Source: Lytechinus pictus (Eukaryota). Taken from it: a stretch of 64,000 nt of DNA. Of the stretch, positions 1 to 12,242 are shown piece by piece. Positions within the stretch are counted from its first letter, which is position 1. Every line of letters begins with the position of its first letter. Location: the NCBI RefSeq assembly GCF_037042905.1, contig NC_087251.1, forward strand, positions 47,866,001 to 47,930,000, given 5' to 3'. A program made the translations under genes and the position numbers. The notes beneath the pieces are model-generated. The model made no database searches. It was not told where the DNA came from and saw only the letters and a list, made by a program, of their open reading frames with translations.

Positions 1-251
1 TTTATTTAGGGAGTTAGAGGAAAAAGTATGATTTCGCATACTAATTACGCATTAATTAGCATAATCACTTAATAGCAATTCGCATGATATAATTTACTAT
101 ACAATTTTGTAGATTATGTCCAAGACAACCCGCATGCCAATTTTCGGCGCGATTGCGCGGTCGACATCTCAAGGGGGGGGGGCGTGGGAGGCCCCCCCCC
201 TCCCCCCCGGCCATATGAACTCCCAAAATACCCCGGCCTAGATAGGGTTAA
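1..251. mobile_element. Right end of a piggyBac-like non-autonomous element, cut by the window edge
   Basis: Ends ...CCCCGGCCTAGATAGGG|TTAA (TTAA 248-251), the CCCT...AGGG + TTAA signature. The left end is outside the window. Confidence 0.5.
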
Positions 252-811
252 TTATACATGACAGCGAAGGAGAATATCAGTGGTTGCCTCTTATACTCGG
301 AAAGAATAGCATTACCATACAAAGAACATTACTATGGATCAAGCCGTTTCTTGTATTCTCTGAAGCAACGTCTCCCATGCATTCAACTGTGAACAAAAAT
401 CACACAAAAATGATTCACGATTCTGTAAACAAATCTGTCACATAATGTATGGTGAATTACTTTTTTCAAATCTTCCTGAATCCTGAAATAATTAGCACAT
501 TGACTTTGTGCAAACTTGTTTTTTCTCACCTGGTAGTGCACTAGACAGAATTGGAAACCATTCTCTTTCATACAAAATGGAACATGAGAACAATACACAT
601 GCATGTACAAATCACATTCTTGGCTTAACACATTTTACATAACATTCTCCTCATTCAACTTTACGCTCCAGTGACAACTGTGTAATAAAAGACTCTCTCT
701 ACACGATCAAATTGCTGTTGCATATGAGCAGATTATATTCAATTATCTGACCAACATACGGACTATTTTACAAGTGTGTGTATGCAACGTTCTCTGGCAT
801 TGTAGGACAGC

Positions 812-3800
812 TTAGGAGTTGGAGTTGGGTCCACGCCTCTTGCCGAAGGTCTGCACAACGTTGACGAATCGGCGGTTGTACTGCATGCGGCGCTTGGCAC
901 GTCCGACCTTCTTCTTCTTCTTCTCCTGGGGATCAACCTGGGGATAACAGCAAATGAAAAAGAATAGAAGAATTAATATTAAGTCAAACATTATTACTTT
1001 TGGGGTTAGGGTGAGCGATAGCAAATAACGATCATAAAAGCTTTGAAGACGGTTCAATGGGGGTGTTGCAAGAAAATTATAATCGATGGGTCTGGTCTCC
1101 AAAATAATGTCTTGCATTTAATTGCAAATTGTCAATTGATTGGTGATGTGCTTCTTACAAACAAGGTGCGTATACTGATTTGATTGTAAACTAATAAAAT
1201 TGATCGATCAATAGTAAAATCATGACAGAAATTTGCAGCTGATTAACTTTCTTGCAACACCCCTAATACTTTAGCATGCATGAAATCAGATATATCACAT
1301 TTCAATCATTTCCACAATAACAGCTAGCAGTAAATACAGTTTGTACATCATAAAAAATCATTATGATAAAATACAATTCAAATTTTTGAAATATAAAAAT
1401 ACACATTTTTTATTCATGAACGTAGTTGTCTAATGGATTATCATGTAACTTAAAAGCTATCTTGTGAAGATACTCAAGAAAGCATAGCTTATGAATCAGG
1501 TTCCCTATAGCTAGGCCTGGGACTTTCGGGTATTTTTGTCTTCGGGTACCTGTGGTAATTTTTGGGCGGGTAGCCGAAAATCATGTCGCATGAAATATGA
1601 CTGGTGGAAAAACCCCATAGGTGACGTCATCCAGCCACTGCGCCGCATCGCAAGCGTTAGCCAATTTATGATTGAAAATATATAGTAAGCATGAGCAGTG
1701 CAAGCTTCCCTTGCCCCACACAGTAGGCCTATTCCATCGAAACAAATCTACAATACTCTGACACCTCATTCCAAAATCAACCTAGAATTCCACTTTCCCA
1801 TATTCTATATGAATTATGAACGGTATTCTGGGAGGATCTGTTTTCTCACCGATACCACACAGGTAAGCAAATTTTGATTACTTCTTGCTTTTCCGTCAAA
1901 ATCTTACGAAGTGGCGTCGATATTACATCATGTTCGTGAGTTTGTAAAATCTATCGCTACGTGCACAAAGTCACCTGATTTGCGGGTTTCGGAGCGTCGA
2001 ATGCGCAAGCCAATCGCGATCGTGCTACCATTTTCGGTGTATGATGAACTGAAAATGGTAACATGAACGTTATTGGCTGGCGCTTCGTATGCTCAAGCTG
2101 CAATTGTGCAAAAGAAACATGGCAACGACTAAACAATCTCAGTCACATCATCACTTGAAAAAGTTGTATATTTATGGTTTTTTTCGAGGGTAATTGGTGA
2201 GATTGAAAATGAGACTTGTGTACTTTTGTGATGAGTTACAGTTATGTCTTACACTGCGCAATACAAATCAAATACATATACGTTATACTGGTATGCAATT
2301 TTCAGGTATCAGGTATTGATTTTTCTACCCGGGTACCTGAGGCTTCCGGGCAGGACCCAGGTACCCGGGTTTTAGTCCCAGCCCTACCTATAGAATAAAT
2401 AATAGTATCAAAGTTGTTCATGAATTGAGCTCTTTCCCAGTTTGAATGATTAAACAGGAAGATTAAGGTCAAGATCTCGTTATCTGATCTACTTAAATAC
2501 CTGATGATAATTCCATGAAAATGAATTTCATAAGTTTCACTTTTTATTCAATAGATGAACTTTACAGTGAAACAATAAGAATAGGAAAACAGAAATATTT
2601 AATTTACCTTGGGGGTCTGGCCTCGCACTTTACCGGCACGGGCAAGGGATCCGTGAACTTTTCCTCCGAGCAGACGTCCAGAGAGTTCAAGGGTCATCAG
2701 TTCAAGAAGTCCATTCTGGGATAGGGTAAGGTCATCATCCAGGGGTGTGCCGCAGCAAGACAGGACCTGCTCTGAGGCTGAGAAGCCGGACAGCTCCTGG
2801 ATTTTGGCCTGGATGGAAGAGAGAAAATGTAATGTATTTTATTCATAAGATCACTTTTCATGAAGTTTTAATCTTTGTGTAAATGTAAATCATAAAAAGA
2901 CTGTACTATTTTATTTTCTTTAAAAAAACCCACAAGATTCTCCATTATTAAACCTTGACCAGACCAGGGGTACCCCCCATCCCCCGCTCAATGCTTTATG
3001 TTCCCACAATGCTTCCAGACATTTTAATATAATTAAGTCTCCACACATTCTCAGATGTAAATTTCAAACAACCAAGTTCCAAAATGTTACCCAGCATTTT
3101 GTTTACACTTTACTGCATGTCAGTCAAACCTTATATTGCTTAAAGGGGAATCCAGCCTTGGCCATTAAATGTTGTGTTGGGAAGGAGAAAAATAAATTAA
3201 ACAGAATGGTGAAAGTTTGAAAGAAATCGGACAAGCAATAAGAAAGTTATAGCTGCTTTAAAATTGAGATCACTAATACTATGTAAATTTCAAATTGGCA
3301 ACTGGGTAAGTAAATTATGACAAGGGGCAAGGACAACTTTCCCATAGGCCATGTACTTTATTATCAGGGATTTGTGGTTTTCTCCTTAGTACCCGTTCCC
3401 CTTGGGCAGTAACCTAAATATAATCCAGGTAGTATATTGTTTTATGTCCTCATGAAAGAAAAATATAATTTGTAATAAATTTTTGGGGAATAATGAAATT
3501 TTAGCCATAATATGTATTGGAGTACATGGAAAAGTAGTCCTTGCCTTACATCACTCTGACATCCCATATGCAGCCAATTTGAAATCTCCATGGGTATAGT
3601 GATTACCATTATTTACAACTTTTAAAAATTCATAACTTTCTTGTTGTTTGTCCAATATCAACTTGTCTGATTCTTCTTTTCCTTATAAAAACAAGTTTTT
3701 ATTTGGGTTGGACTCCCCTTTAAAGCTTTTGTGAAATGTTATGTTATTGTTAAATTACCTGTAATTCATGCTTTATCAAAAGTTCAATTTTAGATTCAAA

Positions 3801-3918
3801 TATGCCCACCCTCATTTTTCCCTCTTTCAAGATTTATCTTTACCTTCAGATCGGCAACAGATTCTTCGCCAGTCACCTCAAGGGTGTGGGTCTCATCAGC
3901 TCGGACAAACAGTTGCAT
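812..3918 (-). CDS. FAU: Ubiquitin-like FUBI - 40S ribosomal protein S30 (eS30) fusion, 133 aa, 3 coding exons
   Basis: Exons 3918-3844 ([25 protein letters not shown]), 2808-2608 (AKIQELSG...[24 protein letters not shown]) and 937-812 ([41 protein letters not shown]). All introns are GT-AG, phase 0. The [13 protein letters not shown] cleavage junction and S30 tail are unmistakable. Non-coding exon 1 lies at 4958-4927. Confidence 0.97.
1059..1263. mobile_element. MITE (~205 bp) in a FAU intron
   Basis: Terminal inverted repeats GGGGTGTTGCAAGAAA ... TTTCTTGCAACACCCC; no ORF. Confidence 0.75.
1512..2386. mobile_element. Non-autonomous hAT-like DNA transposon
   Basis: TIRs TAGGCCTGGGACT / AGTCCCAGCCCTA. 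8-bp TSD CCTATAGC (1504-1511) / CCTATAGA (2387-2394). Subterminal CGGGTA(CC) repeats at both ends. Confidence 0.8.
3144..3719. mobile_element. Kolobok-like MITE (TTAA TSD)
   Basis: TTAA|AGGGGAATCCAGCC ... GGTTGGACTCCCCT|TTAA, with TTAA at 3140-3143 and 3720-3723. Confidence 0.75.
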
Positions 3919-4926
3919 CTTGGTGCTGTAAAAAGAAAAAAACAAAAATTAAAAATAAGGCAAGTTCTCTTGACGTCTTGTATTGTACCAGTTGAAGTTT
4001 GAGATAAAATTAAAAAGCAAAATAAAATTATTATAAGAGTAGACTAGAGCCTACTGCACAGCAACAAAAAAACAGGATAGATGCCAAGGCCAAGTTTTCT
4101 ACTTTCTCATGATGAACATGGATTATAAAGTCTGTCTATATTATCAAGATAATGAAATCATTCAGAGCGAACGATTGTTTTATCAAGTGAAAAATATGGG
4201 TTACTTAGAATAGAAGTTAGATCTATAATATAATAAAACCATGCATCACTCACATCGTGTCTGAAAATCGTGAAATAACTTATTTGAGAATGCGAGTAAA
4301 AACTAGAGTGCAACGTAGCCGTAGGCCTAACATTAGATCTGTTTTGAGAACTAAGCTGCAGCTGCTGCGGCTGTGCCTGTGAGTTGTGCCTGCGCCTGGG
4401 TGCGGGATAATGACTACCCCGACCTAAAAATTGTTATAATATAAAATATAAATAACATTATGATTAAGTTAACAGTTTGACTCACTTTGAGTGACTATTT
4501 CCTGTTAATGTTGCAATTACATAAAGGGTTTATTGAATGTGAGGACATTTGAAGAAGTCAATCATGTCAATATATGTCGCAATATTTACACCAGTCACGT
4601 ACCACAGGCATGGGCATGAATGCGGGGAGAGCAATGCAAATTAATGACAATCTGCTTGCATGCACTGCCATTCCCGCACGCGCTGCATGCACACACAAAC
4701 CCAGTGCACCGGCACTGCAAGCTTATCGCGTGCAAATATGGAGTAACCGGTACGGGCATACAAGCTCATTTTTTCGCTTTTATACAACATTTCATAATAT
4801 ATTTACAATTTTCACGTGCATTTATTTTCAGTAATATTTGAACTATCTATCAAAACACAATTGAACACCATAGGGATCACAAATATCGCGAAAATATCAT
4901 TTAGATAAGGGCGTAATCATTATCAC

Positions 4927-4960
4927 CTTCGTTGAGCCACGATGTCGCACAGAAAAAGGA
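4927..4960 (-). promoter_or_regulatory. FAU: FAU TCT core promoter / 5'TOP and non-coding exon 1
   Basis: The minus strand reads TC-C(+1, 4958)-TTTTTCTGTGCGACATCGTGGCTCAACGAAG|gtgata. This matches the YYC+1TTTYY TCT motif of ribosomal protein genes. A donor follows at 4926 and splices to the acceptor at 3926. Confidence 0.8.
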
Positions 4961-5146
4961 CCAATAAAAGTGCGCCATCTCTCGATCACCGATTGCTGAA
5001 CAAAAATATTAAAACTTTGAGTTAGACCCTAAACTAAAGCATTGTTTTTTAAATCTTTTTTTTTACAAGTTAAAGAATAAAATTAAACTTTTACTGCAGG
5101 ATCCAGAGGAGTTACGGAATCCGAACGATCACATACAATAACAGAC

Positions 5147-8100
5147 ATGTCTGAGGTTAATCAAGAAATGGTAATTATTGTCCTTTTTTGTTCGGCCTAA
5201 ATCTGTTTAATTTGCACATCAAATGCGCTGTAGATTAATTTGGTGATTTATCACATATGTATATTGAATGCATTGCATCATGAAATTGTGAAAAATATAT
5301 GTAACGTACTTGCGTAAGAATCGCACACCCTGATACCCGGAATGCCACCTACAATTTTGTGTTTGTTACCAATTCTCTTTCAAAGACCAAACTTCATTAG
5401 AATTCTATGCACTTTATATCTTTATAAAAGCTAGTAGTTATTGTGTTTGTTGTATTTGTAATCCTCATCTCAAAATTCAAATTGGCAAGAATAAAATGCC
5501 ATTCTACTCAGTCATAGGCTAGATCTTGATCGACGTGAAAAAAAAAAACAATCTCTTTTTTTTCTTTAAAAGTTTAATTAAGGCATTATCCTGGTTTAAG
5601 TCACCAATCCATTCACTGCTGTTTATTTCGTCAGAGCCAGTGACTTCTTTCCTCTCCCATTGACTTTGTAGTTTGTACACAACAACTTGAACGAGCGCAC
5701 ATGACACACACGAGAAGAGAGGTGACTAATTTTATTTCAGGTTAAAGAGAAATGCCAGTATTTGCAGTAAACACTGATTTCATGAGAAAGTCTGTAAAAC
5801 CAGGCTTAATTGTCAGTATATCATCGAGGATCTAGATCTGGTACAGTTACATAAACTGAACTTTGTGAAATCTTGAAATCTACGCTGAAAAATGTTCACA
5901 CTGAAGATCACCAACACAGATAAGCGCACGTGGGACAGTGTATTATTATTGCTGGAATAAAGACCCGACGGAAGTGACAGAATCCGCGCTTATTTTGCTT
6001 ATTTCTCAGCAATTACACAATTTCTTCCAGAATCCTTTGGCACATATTTTTAATTCATACAAACAGACACTTGGGTGGTCATTATATTAGATTCTGTAAA
6101 AAGTCATTTTGAGATCGTTACCAAAACTGGAATTTATCTTTAAGGCCAGTTTAAAACAAAAGCTTAAGGGAAATTCAGCCTCCCAGAAAAATGTGACTTG
6201 AAATAATTGAACGTTGTCTGGGATCGATGGAAATAGAAAATTCAGGGGCTTTGCCGTGGTCTTTGGAAGCTTTACTAGCATGACTAGTCTAGGCTTGAGT
6301 TTAGTTTGTGTCACGAATTCGTAAGTTCTGACACGTTGTTGCAATGAACTACAAGGAAGGCGTCTGTGAACTATATGCTCCCATTTATTAGATTATGTCT
6401 AATAAAATTGTAGTGTTCAGTTATTCAACAACTGTGTGAGATTCCTGTAAATAAACAATAAAGGATAAACATATCTTAGTAAAGAAAGCATTTCTGTACA
6501 TGTATCATCATTCTTTCCCAAAATATTCATTAAAGACATAAGGAATAATCAATCATGCCCTTTAACCATTTTGCTGTCAAAGGTAGAATTTGACTGAAAG
6601 TAATAAGAGAGAATTAATGAAACTTTCCTAATTCAGTCTTAATATCATTGTTTCCCAATTCCAACAAATCTACCCTATATGAAAAGATATCATAATTATC
6701 TAGCAACAAACATCTGTGAAAAATATATTTGTCTTAAAAAATAAAAGGTATAGATTTAATCATTTAAATCTCTAAAACTGTAACAGAAAATTCCTATTGT
6801 TTTGTTTCCCTTCTGAATCAATAAAATTCACTTGAAAAACAATTATCAATATTAGTGGTGATTGAATTATTATTTCACGAATTTTGTGTAAGCAATGTAA
6901 TTTTAAAGACATCAGTTCTAAGTAACAAGAATTAACTGTAAGACAACATTAACTATCAATACTACTGAAAGATAAACAATAACGTCATGAAACCCTGCTA
7001 TAACACGTGTAAACTCCGGGCGGCGGATCACACCGAAATTCCTGGAAATATCAATCCGCGAGCCAACTCGCACGTAAGTTTGTGACCATACCACATCAAA
7101 TGAGTAGGAGAAATAGTGCATAACTAAACTGGCTTGTAAATATGTTAAACAACAATAAATCCTATAAACTTGGATTTAAGAAAATACTCTAAATTCGTAT
7201 AGTCATAATCATGAGTACATCTTAAGAATTGCGTGTCAAGACAATATTTTGAAGATATCGACCGCAGAGAACTTCCGCGTGTATTCAAGATACGCAAGGT
7301 CCTTCGTTGGAAAGTGTGATGGATTTTCAAAGTATAATCTAAACCTAAATCTCTTCAACAAGGTATTTAAAAGAGGAATACAAAGATATTAATAAACTAC
7401 ACATTCTCATTAAATTTACAAAAGTTTTTGAGCAAATCTCAACATACCTTGCATAGCATAAAGCGTGAAAACTAAGGAAATCTTGTGATCAATCGAATGA
7501 AGCAAACTGCTGTGATTTTACGAACTCGTGTTGTTCTAACTAGTCTACGTACAAGGACACGCGCAAGCGCACAATTTAAAAATACACATATACTTCAACA
7601 TGTCATGACAGTTTGGAATCATGATAATTGAAGCCATAAATTAGATATCACTGAGATATACGCTAGATCCTTTTTTTTTTAAAGTGTGGATATTATTGCT
7701 GCACCATAGCCACAGTCTCAGTTCAATGATGACCTAAAATAAAAAAAGTTATCAAGAGGGCACACTTAGCTATGTCATCTCCGTCTTTCAATAAATGTTT
7801 TATTTACAGGAAACTGGGAACACTGGCCAAGAAGAAGCCTCGGCAGTTCCAGTGAGCATCATCAGCAAGGGACCTGTGTATCCTTCTGAACATGGAGCAT
7901 CAGGAGGGGATGATGGGTCTCAGAAGAAGGACTTTGAGAGCATCTCATTGGAAGAGGTGAAGAAACCCAGGAGAATCATTCATTTCAGTGATGGGATCCT
8001 CGAGGAGTACAGCACGGATGAAGAGGATGGAGAAGACAAGGCAGTGGTAGAGGAACCTCCTGTGGATCCAGTAAGATTTAGATGGTCTTTGAATGTTTGA

Positions 8101-10048
8101 ATGATGGTTTAAGAACATAGAGGAGTTTTACGTAATTAGTTATGTAGTTAGTCCTGAAAAGAAATGTTGGATAATGGAGTGATATAGATAAGAACTGAAA
8201 GGCGAGAAAGAAAAAGATGAGAGTGAGAAGTAACTTTCTCAGGTATGACTTTATAAGGTGTAGATGTAGTTCTTAAAAAAAAGTGTAGCTGCTCTGGTGT
8301 AACAGCAAAGCATTTCATGTTCAAAGCAATTTGTCTAGTGATTATCAGAAACAATGGAATCCTTCCATTTGATTTGCTGAATTAGTTCTTGAGAGCAAAT
8401 GTGTCAGGGGAAAACAACTGGTAGATTGCTTTGTGAAAAGCTCTGAGATCAGGAGGAAAAATTCAGGATCTCTTTCTTTGAAGAGAAAGGGAAAGAGATA
8501 CTCATGTGTATATGCGAGGATGATATTCTTGCCAAAACCTGATGTTAGTCCAAGGAAATTACATCTTATACCAGCTAGGGGCAAATATCTTTCAAAATTT
8601 TGTAATAGAACTGAGAAAATACTAAAATAGGAAGGAAGCAACAGAGAAAATCGAGAGCCCCACATATTCCTCAGTTTTGGACAGCGATATGTAAGCTGTT
8701 CTTACAATGGTTTGCAAATATAAAGATATTAATTGAATCAACTATTTGAAGTAAGATTTTTAAAAAGGCAATCTCTGGAAATGACCCATTTCCCCTGCTA
8801 TAGTAGTTTTTATAATGATTACATTTTTCATTTGGATGAGGAATGCTGTGCTCTCATTCTAAATATTTTGTAATTTTCTTTGCTCTACATATATGATTTT
8901 CAGAAAACTTTAGACTGGATGCCTTACATATGGTTCTACATGATGAAATCAGGAGTAACGACTTACAAAGGTGAGATTGGTTATTATCATGCATTTTATA
9001 AAACTTTGTTCAACTTCAAAGTTATCTTTTAAAATTGTGTGCGCAGAATAAATATTACTTGTTCCTGGTCATAAGTGTTTTGAACAAAATGTGCATACAG
9101 CAATGATATTGATTGAGCATTGCCACCGCAGTCAATTTCAAATATTCATGTAATTGAGCATGGCCATGAGATTTATGATGAATTACAACATTTTTCTTTT
9201 TATTTTCTCAACAGTTTGTGATTATTTAGGGGAGAAACTGGCATACTTCTTTGGAATCACATCACCAAAGTATTCATACGCCCTCAGTGAATACAACAGA
9301 CTAGAAAAAGAGGTATTAAAAATTCCTTGTGTTGTATTGTAATAACTTCATGTTTTCACCATCTTTTTGTTTCAAATAAGTTTGGTAAATTGAGAAATAT
9401 TGATTTTGGGTGAAAGGTATGTCCATACACTTTTCCATTTGATTTCTTTATTTTTAAATGAATGAGTCTGAATTTGTTTAGAAATGATTTTAATTGTATC
9501 TTTGGGTGTGGTTGATTTAAAACCAAAATATATTAGGTAAACATAACTATTACAGTACTGGTACTTCCTGTATTTGCGAAAAATGTCTTAAATCTTTAAT
9601 CAGTGAAATTAACCATTATTGCGCGTACATGTACCTCACTATGTATTTAGCGCCCTTATGCCTGACCAGTGAGTGATTTCCACTGACATATTTGCTCTAG
9701 GCAAAACAGATGCCAAGATTTACAGGAGCTTATAACAAATAGTGAAAATAACTGGATATTTGTTTCCTAAAATGCTTCCCAGATGTTCTTTTGATGACTG
9801 TGTCCTTTATTCATCAAGAGAACTCAAATTCCTGATCCATTGCTTATGTCTATGATAATATGTTGGAAATACAACACATCCTTCATTCATTGCTTGTGTC
9901 TATATTGCAGGAGAGGGAAGAGTTGGATCGCCAGATGGCTGAAAGAGAAGAACAGAAGGACTTGATAGCACGACAAGAAGCTGAGAGGGTGTTCCAAGCA
10001 TCGTTGGCAAGTCAGCCCGAGCCAGGGTTACCCACTAGTACCCACTGA
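5147..10048 (+). CDS. FAM177A1: FAM177 family protein, 195 aa, 5 coding exons
   Basis: Exons 5147-5170 (MSEVNQEM), 7810-8070 (...KKPRRIIHFSDGILEEYSTDEED...PPVDP), 8904-8970 (KTLDWMPYIWFYM...), 9215-9312 (CDYLGEKLAYFFGITSPKYSYALSEY...) and 9911-10048. All introns are GT-AG with consistent phases. The FAM177 motifs PRRIIHFSDG-EEYST and CDYLGEKLA-FFGIT-PKY are present. Candidate AATAAA at 10976. Exon 1 is the least certain. Confidence 0.93.
5746..6139. mobile_element. Kolobok-like MITE (~395 bp), copy 1
   Basis: TTAA|AGAGAAATGCCAGT ... ACTGGAATTTATCT|TTAA. A highly similar inverted copy is at 40208-40602. Confidence 0.8.
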
Positions 10049-11938
10049 GATACATAGGTCTTTGCTGCTTGCTTATGTGGCGGTATCTCCTGGAATTGGT
10101 ATCCTTATGCAAATCTTTGCTTCCAGAAACTTGCAAAGATTTCTACATTCAAGTGGGACCTATTTCTACATTCTTGGAGGACAAAATTAGCATTTGTCCT
10201 CCAAGAATGTCAAAATAGGATTTACTTCTGATTTAATGTGTAAGATGTTCCTTGCTGAAACTCATTTGTTACAAGGGAGACATGTTTTACACAAGTCTTA
10301 ATTGAATATGATAATTCCATTTAATAACCTAGGAAAAGTAGGGACATAACATCATCCCACCTTGCATTACTGTGTTCACAAAATATAACTAAATTTTATA
10401 ATTAAAAAGAACTGAATTATATTTTATCAAATTTGGATGAAAATTTTCAATGTCTTTCTGATTTATTTAGATATGTATACTTTTATTTTCCACTTGGAGT
10501 TCCTCTTTAAGGATGATGTCACTTATCCAAGAGGAGACAATCCATCTTTCACACTGAGTAGTAAAATGAAATATCTTTAAAAATATGATAGAATTTCAAG
10601 ATGAAATGAAAGATAGGCATGTGGTATCATCACCCCCATGATTAGGACCAGTTCTGGCATTTGAACTGCTATTTAAAACAATAATTTCAACTGCTAATGA
10701 TACTTTCCATTGATTATAAATGACTACTTTTTTCTTGTTGTATTATAATTTTTTTTTCTTTTAATTGATGGAATTATTCTTCATTCATGAAAATCCATTC
10801 ATCTTTTCTTTTCATGGTGCAATATTTTGTAACATAATTATACATTTAAAATTTCATTTTGATAATTATTTATATTTAAGGGTTAAACACATTGTTACAT
10901 CAATGCCTTTTTGTGATGTGTGATTACTGTAGATATTGCCTTTTTTCAACATATTTTTGTTTCCTCTAAAACTAGAATAAAACTGTAAGTTCGGGCCTGG
11001 ACTGCTGGTATAGGTATTTGTTTATGATTATTTACCATTTTGAAGCAATAATGGCTCACAAACACGATACCCTTTTGTAATACTTTTTCCTTCTATTTTG
11101 TGTTTGAAGATTGTTTGTGTGTTTATTCTCCTCCCACGTGCCTTATTATTGTATGCATGTGATACCAATTCTTTTATGCTGGTGCATGTTCATCCATTTG
11201 GTTTCTACTGAAGTGATCCGTGTTCTCATGTTTTGTTTGATTTTGATGCTGCGTTTATCAGTGAGGTTTACATTCCTTGTTTGATTATAATGCATTAACA
11301 TTTTTTATGTCGGATATTACGATTTTCGTTACAATCTTATAATCTCGTATTTATATGAATTTCACATTTGATTGTATTTTTTGAAATAATCTTTGATAGT
11401 ATGTCAATTTGTAGAATTGAAATAATATACAAAAAATGCATGGCACGGCTTGCATTAAAGTTAAGTACAGTACACTCAAGGTTTCCCTAGATTGTTGTGC
11501 ATCTATGCACACATCTTCTAAAAATACACACAGAGAGCAAGTATGTAATTAGTTTTATAAAATAGTGACATATGAAATCAAAACATGATTAACTGATCTA
11601 TAACTAACTTGTATAAAAAAAATCCAACATTCACTGACCAAAAAGTCCATGTGAGATTCAACTCTCCAAAAGTGAATTTCCTTAAATTAAATCAAAGCAA
11701 AGCAGTTGAACTTGAGTAGACACTGACAGACCAAGTCCAATTAGGCCTAACTGTATTAGAGTCCAATTAGTAAATTCCAATAATAATAATAAAAACCTAA
11801 AAAAAACATTTACTTCTGATTGGAACTTTGAACATGATATAGATGTAACGTTAGAAGTAAGGCTTTCAGAGTACAACTGCTGGACGAGAATGCTGCTCAC
11901 TTTCCTTTTTTTAAAATCGCCTTTGTGGCTATCATCGT

Positions 11939-12242
11939 GGAGCGTTGTGGCCTAGTGGATTAGTCTTCTGACTTTGAAACAGGAACGTGGGTTCGAATCC
12001 CAGCCATGGCGTAATTTTCTTCAGCAAGAAATTCATCCACATTGTGCTGCACTCAACCCAGGTGAGGTGAATGGGTGCCTGGCAGGAATTTATTCCTTGA
12101 AATGTGTGTGCGCTGTAATCTTAGTAATAACGGCTGCCAAGCTACAGCTGGGGTAATAATATCCAAGTCCTTTGGAAGCGCATAGAGACATTATTCATAA
12201 TGTGATATGTGCTATACAAGAACTGTATATTATTATTATTAT
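11939..12242 (+). mobile_element. tRNA-derived SINE, family 1, full length
   Basis: A box TGGCCTAGTGG, B box GGTTCGAATCC, body ACCCAGGTGAGGTGAATGGGT, (TAT)n tail. Related fragments at ~12540-12755, ~31700-31900(-), ~36547-36670(-), ~41340-41670(-), ~51730-51905(-) and ~55878-55942. Confidence 0.85.

Noticed and set aside
938..1117. N-terminal part of the 101-aa ORF 812-1117
   Set aside because: Intronic read-through, partly MITE. The real exon begins at acceptor 937.
2417..2520. ATGATTA...CTGA...CTGA segment with a terminal stem, resembling a C/D snoRNA
   Set aside because: The boxes are on the strand antisense to FAU, the C box is imperfect, and there is no convincing rRNA guide.
11939..12012. 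tRNA-like sequence (also at ~13465-13540, 51935-52010, 56425-56496 and 62425-62497)
   Set aside because: A/B boxes are present, but the sequences continue into shared multi-copy bodies and tails and lack clean cloverleaves. They are SINE heads, not tRNA genes.
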